The position numbers were made by a program, and so were the translations under genes. The notes under the pieces were generated by a model, which was given only the letters and a program-made list of their open reading frames with translations, did no database searches and was not told where the DNA came from. This document shows, one piece after another, positions 9,845-19,900 of a stretch of DNA of 32,000 nucleotides. The first letter of the stretch is position 1. Every line of letters starts with the position of its first letter. The stretch lies in the NCBI RefSeq assembly GCF_045037575.1, contig NZ_CP173484.1. One strand, given 5' to 3'. This DNA comes from Escherichia coli. Its GTDB lineage: Bacteria > Pseudomonadota > Gammaproteobacteria > Enterobacterales > Enterobacteriaceae.

Positions 9845-10246
9845 TCAATCTCCAAAAGCAATCCAGTAAGCAAAAGGATTTATTCCTTGCTCAGTCACAG
9901 ATGACATCAGGGAAAATTGCGATGGTGAAACAGGCAATGCTGCAAAACTAACCATTGTTGACACACCTGACCGTGCATTATCGTACGATGCAACAACACA
10001 ATAATTGGTATTGCTGAAAGATATCGGCAGGGTGATATTTACAGGTGAGCCTAATGGCCCTGATGCTGATATTCCCATTTGAATGATGGTTCCATCAGGC
10101 AATTTTCTCCAGCGATTAGAACTCGGATTTCTTTTCCAGGCTGACATATCCGGTATCTGATTTTCTCCTGTGCCCACATCCCTTTTCGCCGCTTCTCCCA
10201 AACCAACATTTATGAAAATGCAGAAATAACGAGCAAATGGCATCAT
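9845..10246 (-). CDS. Silent alternative tail fibre C-terminus, to be fused to the fibre N-terminus after inversion
   Basis: NVGLGEAAKRDVGTGENQIPDMSAW aligns at NxGLGE with the expressed fibre ([12 protein letters not shown]); spans crossover site R. Confidence 0.8.
   Translation of the reverse strand: MMPFARYFCIFINVGLGEAAKRDVGTGENQIPDMSAWKRNPSSNRWRKLPDGTIIQMGISASGPLGSPVNITLPISFSNTNYCVVASYDNARSGVSTMVSFAALPVSPSQFSLMSSVTEQGINPFAYWIAFGD
10193..10218 (-). other. Right DNA-inversion crossover site (inverted relative to the left site)
   Basis: TTCTCCCAAACCAACATTTATGAAAA; close to the pix/hix/gix-type consensus; 55 bp from the invertase start. Confidence 0.85.
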
Positions 10247-10272
10247 TCCTGCTTTTGTCAGGGAGATCTATC

Positions 10273-10827
10273 ATGCTTATTGGCTATGTACGCGTATCAA
10301 TAAATGACCAGAATACCGATCTTCAACGCAATGCGCTGAACTGTGCAGGATGCGAGCTGATTTTTGAAGACAAGATAAGCGGTACAAAGTCCGACAGACC
10401 AGGACTGAAAAAGCTGCTCAGGACATTATCGGCAGGTGACACGCTGGTAGTCTGGAAACTGGACCGACTGGGGCGCAGTATGCGGCATCTTGTCGTGCTG
10501 GTGGAGGAGTTGCGCGAACGAGGCATCAACTTTCGTAGTCTGACGGATTCAATTGATACCAGTACCCCAATGGGGCGCTTTTTCTTTCATGTGATGGGTG
10601 CCCTGGCTGAAATGGAGCGTGAACTGATTGTTGAACGAACAAAAGCTGGACTGGAAGCAGCTCGCGCACAAGGACGAATTGGTGGACGTCGCCCCAAACT
10701 TACACCAGAACAATGGGAGCAGGCCGGACGATTAATTGCATCAGGCGTTCCTCGCCAGAAGGTGACGATCATCTATGATGTTGGTATATCGACACTGTAT
10801 AAGAAGTTTCCGGTCGGAGATAAATGA
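10273..10827 (+). CDS. pin: DNA invertase, Pin/Gin/Hin serine recombinase family
   Basis: 184 aa; MLIGYVRVSINDQNTDLQRNAL...DKISGTKSDRPGLKKLL...WKLDRLGRSMRHLV...GRRPKLTPEQ. Confidence 0.95.
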   Translation: MLIGYVRVSINDQNTDLQRNALNCAGCELIFEDKISGTKSDRPGLKKLLRTLSAGDTLVVWKLDRLGRSMRHLVVLVEELRERGINFRSLTDSIDTSTPMGRFFFHVMGALAEMERELIVERTKAGLEAARAQGRIGGRRPKLTPEQWEQAGRLIASGVPRQKVTIIYDVGISTLYKKFPVGDK

Positions 10828-10887
10828 AACCGTAGCACGTCGTATGCAAGAAGATCGTGCTGCGGTTTATGCTTATCACTTAAAGAC

Positions 10888-11757
<870 letters not shown>

Positions 11758-11839
11758 CTAACTCTTTGAATTTACATAGTACAAAAAAGATACTTTTCCT
11801 CATAATGTGAATTAATTTTATGTTTCGTTTGATGATTGG

Positions 11840-11904
11840 ACCGGTCTCGAAAACCGGAGTAGGGGCAACTCTACCGGGGTTCAAATCCCCCTCTCTCCGC
11901 CACT
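11840..11904 (+). other. 3' fragment of tRNA-Ser(CGA) (serU-like), probable prophage attachment site remnant
   Basis: GGACCGGTCTCGAAAACCGGAGTAGGGGCAACTCTACCGGGGTTCAAATCCCCCTCTCTCCGCCA; 5' half absent; one G missing compared with the canonical T-arm as I remember it. Confidence 0.85.
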
Positions 11905-12476
11905 TTATCAATGACTTATCTCCCGACTTCCCGCCTTGCTTTTCCTAAACAGAACAATCGTAGAATATTCTTGAAGGGTTAGATCGTCACTGTTTTCTGT
12001 TCGATACTGTGACATTCAGCACTTGATTCGCTATGGATCTGACAGGAAGGTTTCGAGCGAAAATCTGCAGTTATTCAGTCGTTTTCTTATCGGTCACCAT
12101 TATTCTTTTAGACATTGATCCTACAAAGCTGCCGCAAAGTTGGTGGTGGGAACTGAAGTTGCGTAGAGAAGGGGTCAATACCCGGAGGCAAACATGGGCT
12201 GGCAAAAGTGTAGCGGTATTAGGCGCAGCTATTTAGCCTAGTTATGTTTTATGAAAACTTGATATCATATAAGTGTCTTACTTATTGGCTGTAAATAAGG
12301 TTTTCTAAGGAATTGTTTCTTTAGTATCATTTGTAACTGTAACGGAATTTATAATCCTTTACTTTATTTTTACGGTATTTTTTATCACACCCTATTTTTT
12401 ATGTGGTTTTTTATACTGAAGTTTGGCAAAGTGAACTTTATATGCATATACTTCATCCTGGTTTCAGTTAAATTGG

Positions 12477-13229
12477 GTGGATGATATGGCAACTACATGT
12501 TCAGTTATATTGATTTTGGAGTCCTTTGATGTTTATTTCGGAAAAGAGAGTGTGTTTCTGGATAGAGGTTTATCTGTACTTGTCGACTCTAGCTATAGAG
12601 ATTTTTTCCTGACATATCCTGAAAGAGTGATAGTGGCGGATTTTGGCGCTGAGTTTATTAGTCGCTATTTGAAAGCTAATAACTTAAGGGATATTTCTGA
12701 TTGTAGGGAATATCCATCTTATTTAAAAATAAACTTTGCTGACTTCAGTTTAATTAAAGGATTAATTAGTTGGGCTAATCACTGTGCTGAATATATAGAA
12801 ATTTTTGATGAGTCTATTGCTTTTACATGTCTCTCTGCATTTTCTTCTGAAAAACAATTTGGAGTATTTCTGTTTGGATGTTTGAAAAGCACAGGGGCTA
12901 AAGTTAAAACGATTATTCATACGGATTTATCTGCACCATGGCATCTTAAGGATATATCATCAAGATTATATCTCAGCGAAAGTTTACTAAAGAGGAAATT
13001 GAAAGAAGAGGGGGTATCATTCAGTAAGATCCTACTTGATGAGAGGATGCAAATGGCTGAATATTTACTCAGCACTCGTTGTTATCCTATTAGTAAAGTA
13101 GCTAAGGTCTGTGGTTATGCCAGTGTCTCATACTTTACTTATGTATTTAGACGTTATTTTGGTGTTTCTCCAAGTCAATACTCTCCGAGGAGTTCAGAAA
13201 GTAAAATTCTTACTCACCAGGGAATCTAA
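12477..13229 (+). CDS. AraC-family transcriptional regulator
   Basis: 250 aa; C-terminal HTH pattern WHLKDISSRLYLSESLLKRKLKEEGVSFSKILLDERMQMAEYLL...ISKVAKVCGYASVSYFTYVFRRYFGVSPSQY; GTG 12477 or ATG 12486 start. Confidence 0.9.
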   Translation: MDDMATTCSVILILESFDVYFGKESVFLDRGLSVLVDSSYRDFFLTYPERVIVADFGAEFISRYLKANNLRDISDCREYPSYLKINFADFSLIKGLISWANHCAEYIEIFDESIAFTCLSAFSSEKQFGVFLFGCLKSTGAKVKTIIHTDLSAPWHLKDISSRLYLSESLLKRKLKEEGVSFSKILLDERMQMAEYLLSTRCYPISKVAKVCGYASVSYFTYVFRRYFGVSPSQYSPRSSESKILTHQGI

Positions 13230-13270
13230 TCATTGTTCTTGCCCCCTTATTTCCAGACAGGGGGTGTATC

Positions 13271-13498
13271 TTAAGTTAACGTTACCCGCTGACGTCGATA
13301 TTCTCGCGGAGAGCGATAACCCAACGCACTGTGCGGATGGTTTTCATTGTAATGTTCGATCGCCACTGCAAGATTATGCAATGCCGTTCTTATATTCGGT
13401 TTCGGCATGAACGCGATGTAGTCTTCCTTCATCGTTTTCACGAACCTTTCTGCCATTCCATTACTCTGAGGACTGCTGATTACCCATGAGGAGTACAA
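13271..13498 (-). pseudogene. C-terminal remnant of an IS2-group (IS3 family) transposase OrfB
   Basis: [62 protein letters not shown]; catalytic N-terminal portion absent. Confidence 0.85.
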
Positions 13499-13717
13499 TT
13501 AAACGGGTTAATCAGTTTCTCCATTTGAAAGAAAAAAGACTTCTGTACTGTTTGATATCACCGCTATTTTCTTATTTTCTGTGCAGGTCGTAGTGGGACA
13601 AAACTGAGACACATAAGGCCTCACAATGGCTTGCAAGGCTTTACATGTTTTGATGTGGTGGGACGTGTGAGCGCAGTGTTGATGGGGTAATACTTTGAAT
13701 TAGAAGCGGATTCTTAT

Positions 13718-13764
13718 GATTCGTAATGCGAAGGTCGTAGGTTCGACTCCTATTATCGGCACCA
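13718..13764 (+). other. 3' fragment of tRNA-Thr(CGT) (thrW-like), attachment site of the P4-type element
   Basis: ATTCGTAATGCGAAGGTCGTAGGTTCGACTCCTATTATCGGCACCA; no D-arm or acceptor 5' half upstream; 166 bp before the integrase. Confidence 0.85.
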
Positions 13765-13781
13765 TTCAAACATCTCCCCAA

Positions 13782-13861
13782 GTCTACTAAAGTCTTTCAA
13801 AACCCATTATAATCCGCGTATTAAAGCCCCGTTCGTCTTTTGACGTCTACTAAAGTCCCTC
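13782..13861. repeat. Candidate integrase arm-type sites: direct repeat GTCTACTAAAGTCYYTC
   Basis: Copies at 13782-13798 and 13844-13861 between the tRNA fragment and int, 62 bp apart. Confidence 0.5.
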
Positions 13862-13929
13862 AAAATCTACGGTCAGATGGGGGTACTTATGGGGGTATTT
13901 GCTGTTCGGTTTAGTGGAGGTACCCCCAA

Positions 13930-15144
13930 GTGAAACTCAATGCCCGTCAAATAGACACAGCCAAGCCAAAAGAGAAGGCTTACAAGCTGGCCGATGGTGG
14001 CGGTTTGTATCTCTTGGTAAAACCTAATGGAGGTAAATACTGGCGACTTAAATATCGTGTAGCTGGTAAAGAGAAGCTATTGGCACTAGGTGTGTATCCT
14101 GAGGTTACTCTAGCCGATGCTCGGGCAAAACGTGAAGATGCGAAAAGAGGTATCGCTGGTGGTATCGATCCGATGGAAGCGAAACGAGAGGAAAAGATTG
14201 CCCGGGAAACGCAGTTAAACAACACCTTCAAAGATATTGCCCTTGAGTGGCACAGCAGCAAATTAAAAAAATGGTCTGCTGGTTATGCTTCAGACATCCT
14301 CGAAGCCTTCAACAAAGATGTGTTCCCTTACATTGGCAAAAAACCAATCGCCGAAATCAAACCACTTGAACTTCTGAATGTGCTGCGGCGCATCGAGGGG
14401 CGAGGTGCTACAGAAAAAGCCAAAAAAGTGAGGCAGCGGTGCGGGGAAGTTTTCCGCTATGCAATAGTCACTGGTCGCGCAGAGTATAACCCTGCACCAG
14501 ACCTTACTAGCGCGATGCAAGGCCATGAATCTAATCATTACCCTTTCCTTACAGCCAAAGAATTACCTGATTTTTTCAAGGCATTGTCCAGTTACTCAGG
14601 AAGCGCATTGGTTGTTATGGCGGCTCGTCTACTGATTATCACCGGCTTGCGAACTGGCGAACTACGTGGCGCATTATGGGATGAAATTGATTTCAACAAG
14701 GCTATCTGGGAGATACCCGCTTCACGTATGAAAATGCGGCGGCCTCATATTGTGCCATTGTCTGAGCAGGCTCTTTCGCTTATTGGGAAGATTAGAGAAA
14801 TAACAGGCAATTACCCTCTTATGTTTCCCGGGCGCAATGATCCAAGGAAAACAATGAGTGAGGCCAGCATAAACCAAGTGTTTAAGCGCATTGGCTACGC
14901 TGGACGTGTAACTGGTCATGGGTTCCGGCACACTATGAGTACGATTTTGCATGAGCAGGGCTATAACACTGCGTGGATAGAAACTCAGCTCGCTCACGTT
15001 GATAAGAACTCAATTCGTGGCACATACAACCATGCGCAATATCTGGATGGAAGGCGGGAGATGCTTCAATGGTATGCCGACTATATGGATTCTCTCGAGC
15101 ATGGCGGAAATGTGGTGCATATGGTGTTTGAAAAACACGCATGA
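13930..15144 (+). CDS. int: P4-type tyrosine integrase
   Basis: 404 aa; MKLNARQIDTAKPKEKAYKLADGGGLYLLVKPNGGKYWRLKYR... start and HGFRHTMSTILHEQG/LAHVDKNSIRGTYNHAQY catalytic region. Confidence 0.95.
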   Translation: MKLNARQIDTAKPKEKAYKLADGGGLYLLVKPNGGKYWRLKYRVAGKEKLLALGVYPEVTLADARAKREDAKRGIAGGIDPMEAKREEKIARETQLNNTFKDIALEWHSSKLKKWSAGYASDILEAFNKDVFPYIGKKPIAEIKPLELLNVLRRIEGRGATEKAKKVRQRCGEVFRYAIVTGRAEYNPAPDLTSAMQGHESNHYPFLTAKELPDFFKALSSYSGSALVVMAARLLIITGLRTGELRGALWDEIDFNKAIWEIPASRMKMRRPHIVPLSEQALSLIGKIREITGNYPLMFPGRNDPRKTMSEASINQVFKRIGYAGRVTGHGFRHTMSTILHEQGYNTAWIETQLAHVDKNSIRGTYNHAQYLDGRREMLQWYADYMDSLEHGGNVVHMVFEKHA

Positions 15145-15230
15145 AACAACTGGACAAGTATACAGATGTTTACTAAAGTATAGGGGAGTAGATTGATAAA
15201 AACTCACAGAGGATTGCTATTTAACAGTTA

Positions 15231-15485
15231 GCCCTGGAGAAGGGCAATCGCTCTTTTATAAACGAAGGTGTATTGAGCCTTCTACGCTGCTGAAAAGCGG
15301 AATGTTCTTTAACAGGCTTTGGCGCTGACAAAGCGCAATTGTTCTTTAAAACTACTGGATGTCACGCCTAATAGCGTGATCCTGCCGAAATGCAGGGTAG
15401 CTCTACCCTTGTGGAGCAAACAAACCAAAACAATCTGACTATCTTTTATAAAAGACCGCAATATGTTTTTCATATTGTGGTCTTT
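15231..15485. ncRNA. Candidate structured intergenic region with serial hairpins
   Basis: GCCCT/AGGGC 15231-15245; GAAGG/CCTTC 15264-15282; GCGCT/AGCGC 15322-15336; TCACGC/GCGTGA 15362-15379; long AAAGACCGCAATATG/CATATTGTGGTCTTT 15451-15485. Confidence 0.4.
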
Positions 15486-15571
15486 GGCGTATTCGACATT
15501 TGACGCAAATAAAACTCTCGCCATTCGTTGCAGGAGGGGGTTATTGCGTCATTAGTACAGGATATTAATAA

Positions 15572-15775
15572 ATGGCTAATTACAATTCATTAATTCGTCT
15601 CTCTGAAGTTCAAAGGCGAACTGGTTATAGCAAAGCATGGATTTATCGTCTTATTAGTCAGGGGAGGTTCCCTAAACAGGTAAAAATTGGAAGTCGGGCT
15701 ATTGCTTTTGTTGAGTCTGAAATAGATGAATGGATTGAGAAGTGTATATTAGAATCTAGAGACGAGGTGGCCTGA
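15572..15775 (+). CDS. AlpA-family regulator/excisionase
   Basis: 67 aa; LIRLSEVQRRTGYSKAWIYRLISQGRFPKQVKIGSRAIAFVESEIDEWI. Confidence 0.9.
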   Translation: MANYNSLIRLSEVQRRTGYSKAWIYRLISQGRFPKQVKIGSRAIAFVESEIDEWIEKCILESRDEVA

Positions 15776-16206
15776 TGGAAAAGAAAAACCGCCCATTACA
15801 GGCGGCTAATTCAGATATTCGCGTATCTGATATTACGCCCCTTACAAAATCCCTTCAAGCACCAAAGCGCACACCGAAAAAGCATCGTGCCCGAGTCTAT
15901 ATGCTGCGAACTGGTATAGAGGGATGGACAGAAAACGACATTCTTCGCTACTGCCGTCTGTCTTCTGGTCGTAACTATGCAACAGAGTTAGAACGCCAGC
16001 TTGGAATCACTCTGGAGCGTATCGACGAAAAGAATCCTGATGGTATCGGAACACACCTTCGCTACCGTTTCTCCTGCCGTGGTGATGTTCTGAAAGTGAT
16101 CACTCATATTAACCATCTTGCGAACATAAATGATCACAACGGACTTTCTCAGCAGGAAATTGCCGACATTCTGAAACTCTACCCGGACGCGTTTAACGCC
16201 GCCTAA
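15775..16206 (+). CDS. Hypothetical satellite/prophage protein
   Basis: 143 aa, overlapping start/stop with the alpA-like gene. Confidence 0.6.
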   Translation: MEKKNRPLQAANSDIRVSDITPLTKSLQAPKRTPKKHRARVYMLRTGIEGWTENDILRYCRLSSGRNYATELERQLGITLERIDEKNPDGIGTHLRYRFSCRGDVLKVITHINHLANINDHNGLSQQEIADILKLYPDAFNAA

Positions 16207-16218
16207 CGGAGACTGAAA

Positions 16219-17052
16219 ATGAACATCGAAAAAAGCAGATTAATTTCTGAGGCTGCCCCTCATCTGAACGCCTCTCTGGGCACAATTAACGGTAATGAAT
16301 TTGCCGCAATTGTCCCGGTTATTCCTGGTCATATCGGTGGGCGTGAAACCAATATTGTTAGCGCAAAAGCGTTACACAAAGCGTTGGGCGTGGGAAAAGA
16401 CTTCTCTACATGGATCACTGATCGCATCTCTGAATATGACTTCACCATTGGGCACGATTACTCAGTCCATAAAACAATTTCCCCAAATTTGGGGAAAAGC
16501 CCGAATGGCGCGGCTTACAGCAAGATTAAGCAGTCTGGCAGACCCGGCAAAGACTATCTGTTAAGTGTCGGAATGGCGAAAGAACTGGCAATGATCGAAC
16601 GCAATGATCAGGGTCGCGCTATCCGTCGTTATTTCATCCAGTGCGAGGAAGAATTACAGCGTAGCGTGCCTGAAATCGCCGCCCGCTATCGTCGCCAGCT
16701 AAAAGCCCGTATCAGTGCCGCAAACAACTTTAAGCCAATGTGCGATGCGCTGAATATGGCCCGTGCCGAGATGGGGAAAACGACGCAGCAACACCACTAC
16801 ACAAACGAGAGCAATATGATTTCTCGTATCGTTCTTGGTGGGCTAACTGCTAAGCAGTGGGCGCGGATAAATGGCTATTCTGGCGAACCTCGCGACCATA
16901 TGAACGCAGAACAGCTTGAGCACCTCTCATATCTCGAAAGCACCAATATCACGTTAATTGATATGGGCATGGAATATGAGCAGCGCAAAGGAGAACTCAC
17001 CCGCCTGTCGCAACGCTGGCTCGCCAAGCGTCTGGAGGCGGTCCATGTTTAA
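16219..17052 (+). CDS. AntA/AntB-type antirepressor
   Basis: 277 aa; NIVSAKALHKALGVGKDFSTWITDRISEYDFTIGHDY...GRPGKDYLLSVGMAKELAMIERNDQGRAIRRYFIQCE. Confidence 0.85.
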   Translation: MNIEKSRLISEAAPHLNASLGTINGNEFAAIVPVIPGHIGGRETNIVSAKALHKALGVGKDFSTWITDRISEYDFTIGHDYSVHKTISPNLGKSPNGAAYSKIKQSGRPGKDYLLSVGMAKELAMIERNDQGRAIRRYFIQCEEELQRSVPEIAARYRRQLKARISAANNFKPMCDALNMARAEMGKTTQQHHYTNESNMISRIVLGGLTAKQWARINGYSGEPRDHMNAEQLEHLSYLESTNITLIDMGMEYEQRKGELTRLSQRWLAKRLEAVHV

Positions 17053-17227
17053 GCCGACAGGAACACCACAACCTCAAAAACGCTACAAAGATGCCCACGG
17101 AGCACTCGTTACTGTCGAAAGCGTGTCTCACAACCGAGTGACGTTTTATCGCGACGGGTATCAATCGCCATGCGTACAACCGCTGGCACGTTTCATGAAG
17201 GAGTTCGCGGAGGTTAACAAATGCTAA
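17045..17227 (+). CDS. DUF4222-like small protein
   Basis: 60 aa; QKRYKDAHGALVTVESVSHNRVTFYRDGYQSPCVQPLARFMKEF; overlaps neighbouring genes by a few nt. Confidence 0.6.
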   Translation: MFKPTGTPQPQKRYKDAHGALVTVESVSHNRVTFYRDGYQSPCVQPLARFMKEFAEVNKC

Positions 17228-18288
17228 CCGCCCAGAAGAAGATATTTTCACTGGCTGGTATGTCGCCAAAATCCAGCAATATGACAGCAAAGTCAGACAT
17301 TAATACAGCAGATACAAGCAAAGTTTATCATTTGCTGGTGGTAGGAGCGGATGCCTTAACTATGTCAGAAATTACGGTCGATGGTGTTAGCGTTGAGAAG
17401 GTCAGCGGCTATGCCAGAGAATTTCTGGTCGTAGATGGCTTTCTCTGCTCGTGTAATGACTCCACAAAAACCTTCGTCCACGCGCGTGACGTTAACGAAA
17501 TGAGCGCGATGTACTGTGCTTCTGGTTCTTCCAATAGTGAGTTTTCGGAGTCCATAAAAAAGAGCTTGCCGTTATGCGGCAACACGGTTTATGGTTATAA
17601 GGCACCTCATAAAACGGGTGCCGGGATTGGCGTCCTGAAAATTCTGAAGGCGACATATGACGCGCCGAGCGTCTTTTTTTATGTCGTAGGTCTGACTCAC
17701 CCATTTTTTGGGCGTTGGTGTATAATCCAGCGCCTTTGTCAATCAATGGTGGCTCAGGCGGGGGCTTCTTCGGAAGCGCCGGTATCCTTCAGAGCCGGTT
17801 ACGCCAACCCTGTCTGGGCTACCACCAGCGAAATTGGCGTTTCCGGTGGTAGCGTAACCTGCTATCTGAAGGAGGCTGCCACATGCTGGCTACTACCCCT
17901 ACCCAAAAAACGCAATTTATCTGGATTATCGCCGCAGTTCGCCGCGATTGCCCGACAATTACCGCCAAAATTCATCATATTGCTGCCGAGTCTGAACGCG
18001 ATGCTCGCCGTTCTCTGGTGCGCGATCACATCTGCTTTTTTGCTGGTCGTATCCGCATGGAGGTGGCACATGATTAAAACCTACGATGTGCATATGGACC
18101 CCCTCGAACGCACAAGCCAGATCATCACACTGACAGAAGTGATTAATGACATTCTGGTGAGCAACTCTCCCTCACGAGACGAAAAACTGAAGGCGTTACT
18201 CGCGATATTGGACCTCGCCGTTCGTGACGTTCATTTCCTGCTGGAAGGTGGACAAATGCCATGCAAAACGGGGGCAACCAATGAATAA
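17221..18288 (+). CDS. Icd-like host cell division inhibitor / Ash-family region, possibly fused to a downstream small ORF
   Basis: [47 protein letters not shown] is the Icd/Ash signature; the tail starting [17 protein letters not shown] looks like a distinct gene in the same frame. Confidence 0.6.
   Translation: MLTAQKKIFSLAGMSPKSSNMTAKSDINTADTSKVYHLLVVGADALTMSEITVDGVSVEKVSGYAREFLVVDGFLCSCNDSTKTFVHARDVNEMSAMYCASGSSNSEFSESIKKSLPLCGNTVYGYKAPHKTGAGIGVLKILKATYDAPSVFFYVVGLTHPFFGRWCIIQRLCQSMVAQAGASSEAPVSFRAGYANPVWATTSEIGVSGGSVTCYLKEAATCWLLPLPKKRNLSGLSPQFAAIARQLPPKFIILLPSLNAMLAVLWCAITSAFLLVVSAWRWHMIKTYDVHMDPLERTSQIITLTEVINDILVSNSPSRDEKLKALLAILDLAVRDVHFLLEGGQMPCKTGATNE
17883..18077 (+). CDS. Small overlapping ORF (64 aa) found with Icd/Ash-like genes
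   Basis: [49 protein letters not shown]..., alternate frame inside the 17221 ORF. Confidence 0.5.
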   Translation: MLATTPTQKTQFIWIIAAVRRDCPTITAKIHHIAAESERDARRSLVRDHICFFAGRIRMEVAHD

Positions 18289-18475
18289 CTCAATTAATAC
18301 CCCTCGCCTTACGTCCGCACTTCAATTAATCGAGCAAGCAGCGGCTGTCCTGGTTGCTGTCAGTCTTTCGGCTGAAGAAATGGACGCTGCTGATGTCGTG
18401 GATGCGATTAAAGCGTGCTCATCTTTGGTTAACGATGCCCGTGCAGAGCTGGTAATTCTTGGTGGTGAAAAATGA
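18281..18475 (+). CDS. Small satellite protein of unknown function
   Basis: 64 aa from ATG 18281; overlaps the next ORF by 4 nt. Confidence 0.55.
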   Translation: MNNSINTPRLTSALQLIEQAAAVLVAVSLSAEEMDAADVVDAIKACSSLVNDARAELVILGGEK

Positions 18476-18735
18476 ATATCAACTTAATTTATCGTCATCC
18501 GTGTGAGCTGGAAATTGAATCATTGCTGGGGCGTGAAGAGCCATATCCAGACACATTCACTCCCGCAGATTGCGCGACTGAACGGCTTACCAGAGCGCGC
18601 ACAGGTCTGGTTCATGTGATGAATGAGATTGTTCCCTCGGTGGGCGGGGAACAGGCGACAGTAATCAATAGCTGGCTACAAAAAGTTACCTCCCTGATAG
18701 ATATCGGTTTAATCGATGTGGAGAGTGCGAAATGA
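18472..18735 (+). CDS. Small satellite protein of unknown function
   Basis: 87 aa, ATGA overlaps at both ends. Confidence 0.6.
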   Translation: MNINLIYRHPCELEIESLLGREEPYPDTFTPADCATERLTRARTGLVHVMNEIVPSVGGEQATVINSWLQKVTSLIDIGLIDVESAK

Positions 18736-18953
18736 CCAACATCCAGCTCATTGAAGCGCAATGTCGCATCGAACAGGTTCAGACTGTTTTAGGGTTCTGG
18801 CTTGAAGGGGCCAGCCCCAGCAACAGAGACAAGTTAATGATTGGCGCGGTTATGTCACTGCTCAATGGCGTACCAGAAGCTATTCAGGAAGCGGACGAAT
18901 TGTTGGGCAAATATGAGTTACAGAATCATTCAGGCGAGGCGAAACATGAATAA
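18732..18953 (+). CDS. Small satellite protein of unknown function
   Basis: 73 aa, overlapping start. Confidence 0.6.
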   Translation: MTNIQLIEAQCRIEQVQTVLGFWLEGASPSNRDKLMIGAVMSLLNGVPEAIQEADELLGKYELQNHSGEAKHE

Positions 18954-19548
18954 TTTCTTAACTTTCCATACAGAAGCAACGCCTGACGGCGTAAACATCA
19001 TGTACCGCAGCAACGATGGCATGACAGAACGCGTTGAGGCCGTCTCATATATTGATGCCGTAAATCGTCTGGATGCCGGGGATTATGACGATAAACCAGA
19101 TGAAGGTATGTCAATACATCTCGCTATTGCCGATGGCGGCAACCAGGGATATTTCGATTACACATCACAGCATAACGTCATTATGTGGAGATGGCTGATC
19201 GCAACAGTATTCATGCTGGAAATGAGAGAGGAAAACGGCACTGTCAGCATCATTGATGATACTGGCAATCCTTCCGAAGTGGCTGTTTATTCCAACGGCA
19301 TCGTCGCCATGCCGCTGTATCCAGTAGCAGAGCGCCTCGCTATGGCAAACAACATTGAGGGAGCGATGATAGAACGTTTTGGCATCGAGTCTGGCACAGA
19401 ACGCGCCATCATTTTCTACAGAGCCATGATGGATGTGGAACAAGGAGCACTGACTCCATTTGGTCGTGAAACGCTTGCTGAACTTCACAACAGCTTTATA
19501 GCTGAACTGAATGAAAACGGCATGCCAGCGGAACCAGTGACGCACTGA
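18946..19548 (+). CDS. Hypothetical protein
   Basis: 200 aa from ATG 18946 (MNNFLTFHTEATPDGVNIMYRSNDG...). Confidence 0.65.
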   Translation: MNNFLTFHTEATPDGVNIMYRSNDGMTERVEAVSYIDAVNRLDAGDYDDKPDEGMSIHLAIADGGNQGYFDYTSQHNVIMWRWLIATVFMLEMREENGTVSIIDDTGNPSEVAVYSNGIVAMPLYPVAERLAMANNIEGAMIERFGIESGTERAIIFYRAMMDVEQGALTPFGRETLAELHNSFIAELNENGMPAEPVTH

Positions 19549-19558
19549 GGATGGAGCC

Positions 19559-19900
19559 ATGATTACTAAAAATTTCCGACTGAATGCGCTGGCAAATAAG
19601 TATGCGTCGGCACTGTATAACCACATTACCTCCACCAGCGGCGGGGACTATTTCATGGTTGATGCGGACGGCGAGGCCGTACGTGTGGAAATCGTTAATG
19701 GAGTAAAAGGCGTTCGCAGCCTGATCGATAGCTACACACTGGCAGCCATGAAAGTGTTCTACCCGCAGTGGGAAACCGTGGGGATCGAGCTTCTTGAGCG
19801 TTGCGTCACTAAGGATGGATTGACTGACGTCGGGCGTGAGATATGGCAAAGCATGGTTAATGACATGGGCGCAACTGTAGCGGGAGGTTCTCATGCGTGA
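19559..19900 (+). CDS. Hypothetical protein
   Basis: 113 aa, in the co-directional cluster. Confidence 0.6.
   Translation: MITKNFRLNALANKYASALYNHITSTSGGDYFMVDADGEAVRVEIVNGVKGVRSLIDSYTLAAMKVFYPQWETVGIELLERCVTKDGLTDVGREIWQSMVNDMGATVAGGSHA

Noticed and set aside
15309-15524. 69-aa minus-strand ORF over the hairpin region
   Set aside because: Coincides with palindromic structure; inverted repeats explain openness better than coding.
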